Below, piece by piece: positions 63,101-64,000 of a stretch of DNA of 64,000 nt; the first letter of the stretch is position 1, and each line of letters begins with the position of its first letter. A program made the translations under genes and the position numbers. A model generated the notes under the pieces. The model searched no databases. It was not told the DNA's origin and saw only the letters and a program-made list of their open reading frames with translations. Location: the NCBI GenBank assembly GCA_040954595.2, contig CM082595.2, forward strand, positions 7,244,193 to 7,308,192, written 5' to 3'. Origin of the DNA: Balanoglossus misakiensis. Its lineage: Eukaryota; Animalia; Hemichordata.

Positions 63101-64000
63101 AACAACACAAAACAAAACCCTTGAATCAGTATCAATCATTAGCATTGACCCAAATATTGAAGACGTCATCAATATGGTCGAACACATAACTGCCTTTATC
63201 CCTCGGATGAAAAGATTGAAAGATTTTTTCTTTGGGTGTTTGCCAAGATATCAGCTGCCGCCAGCTACTAAAATAGCGAGGTTCACCGGCGAACCACAAA
63301 GAGATCGATTAAAAGACCGTCTGGCAGACATGGTCACAAGTGCAGTAACAATAGGTGTCAGTCGTGTTCGCTTAGCTCTCATTAATGTACAATCTTCTCC
63401 TAAAGCCATTCCTTTCGAGTTGTTAACAGAAAACGGACCAAGGGATTTGGGCGTATTTGTCCACTGCTCAGATGATCGTGCGAAAGATTTAGAGACGATG
63501 CTTGAATTTGTCAAAAACTCCAAAACGACAAATTCAGTAGACATACAGATTGTCTGTGAGGAAGAAGATTTGTATAACATGCCTAGTAAATTGGATCAAG
63601 CCTTCAAAAAAGTCAGTCCAGTCTTCAAAGCCGTAGGTTTTGGAATATGGAACTTAGGGTTTCTCTCGAACACATTGATGATTACTCCACATCGAGCGGT
63701 CCTTCCTATTCTGGCGAAGAATCGTCATTTAAGAGAAATGAGATTCGCATTGTCTGGTACCAAAGGTCTCTACGACGTGATCGCACCCTGCCATCTGGTA
63801 AATTCGCTTACGGTACTCTTTGATGAAGTCATAAATGGTGAGAGGTGGCATTTTGATAACATGGGTCGTGCGCTAGCTAAGACCAAAACTCTCAAAGAGT
63901 TTACATTGCGAATACTCAACAAAGACCATTGGAACAGATTGTTGCGTGAAGCACGTCCCGGCATGTGTATTCAGCCCGCCGTAGATAAAGTGATGGTGCC
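60139..64000 (+). CDS. NLR protein: N-terminal death-effector domain + NACHT + divergent LRR-like region (continues past the right edge)
   Basis: Exons 60139-60199, 60886-61077 (DED: LHEIKHVVKIPKRELE...DLF..M...I...N...L..VL..VG...LA.KL) and 61357->64000, which is open with no stop. Motifs: PLPW, Walker A GDPAMGKS, Walker B ILFIFDGYDE, VLTTTRP, IKGF, CSPL, FMHRTWQEYFLA. Confidence 0.92.

Noticed and set aside
62102-63964. Minus-strand ORFs over the NLR exon
   Set aside because: Antisense shadows of the long plus-strand NACHT exon.

Overview
AT-rich, intron-containing animal DNA with GT-AG exons and dense MITEs. The gene content and repeats suggest a marine invertebrate deuterostome (hemichordate/echinoderm-like; inference). 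Six host genes were rebuilt by hand from splice sites and reading phase: (1) the 5' part of an SLC18B1-like MFS transporter (-); (2) a GAL3ST-family sulfotransferase (+); (3) a two-exon class A GPCR (+); (4) a multi-exon signal peptide-3xSRCR-pentraxin/LamG-HYR-PKD1-type GAIN gene (-) whose frame stops exactly at the GPS HL|T cleavage site; (5) a 9-exon GhrA-like D-2-hydroxyacid dehydrogenase (-); (6) a DED-NACHT NLR (+) that runs off the right end, whose large NACHT exon is missing from the ORF track. The main mobile-DNA pattern is a decayed RecQ-like helicase gene surrounded by at least 7 small TAG...CTA-terminated elements, several with perfect 9-bp target-site duplications, which fits AcademH transposons. 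Also present are a Tx1/L1 LINE relic, TTAA Kolobok-type and TWA Harbinger-type MITEs, a 1.4-kb foldback, a Helentron-like element carrying a 239-bp satellite, and mini- and microsatellites. No database searches were run; family assignments rest on motif recognition.
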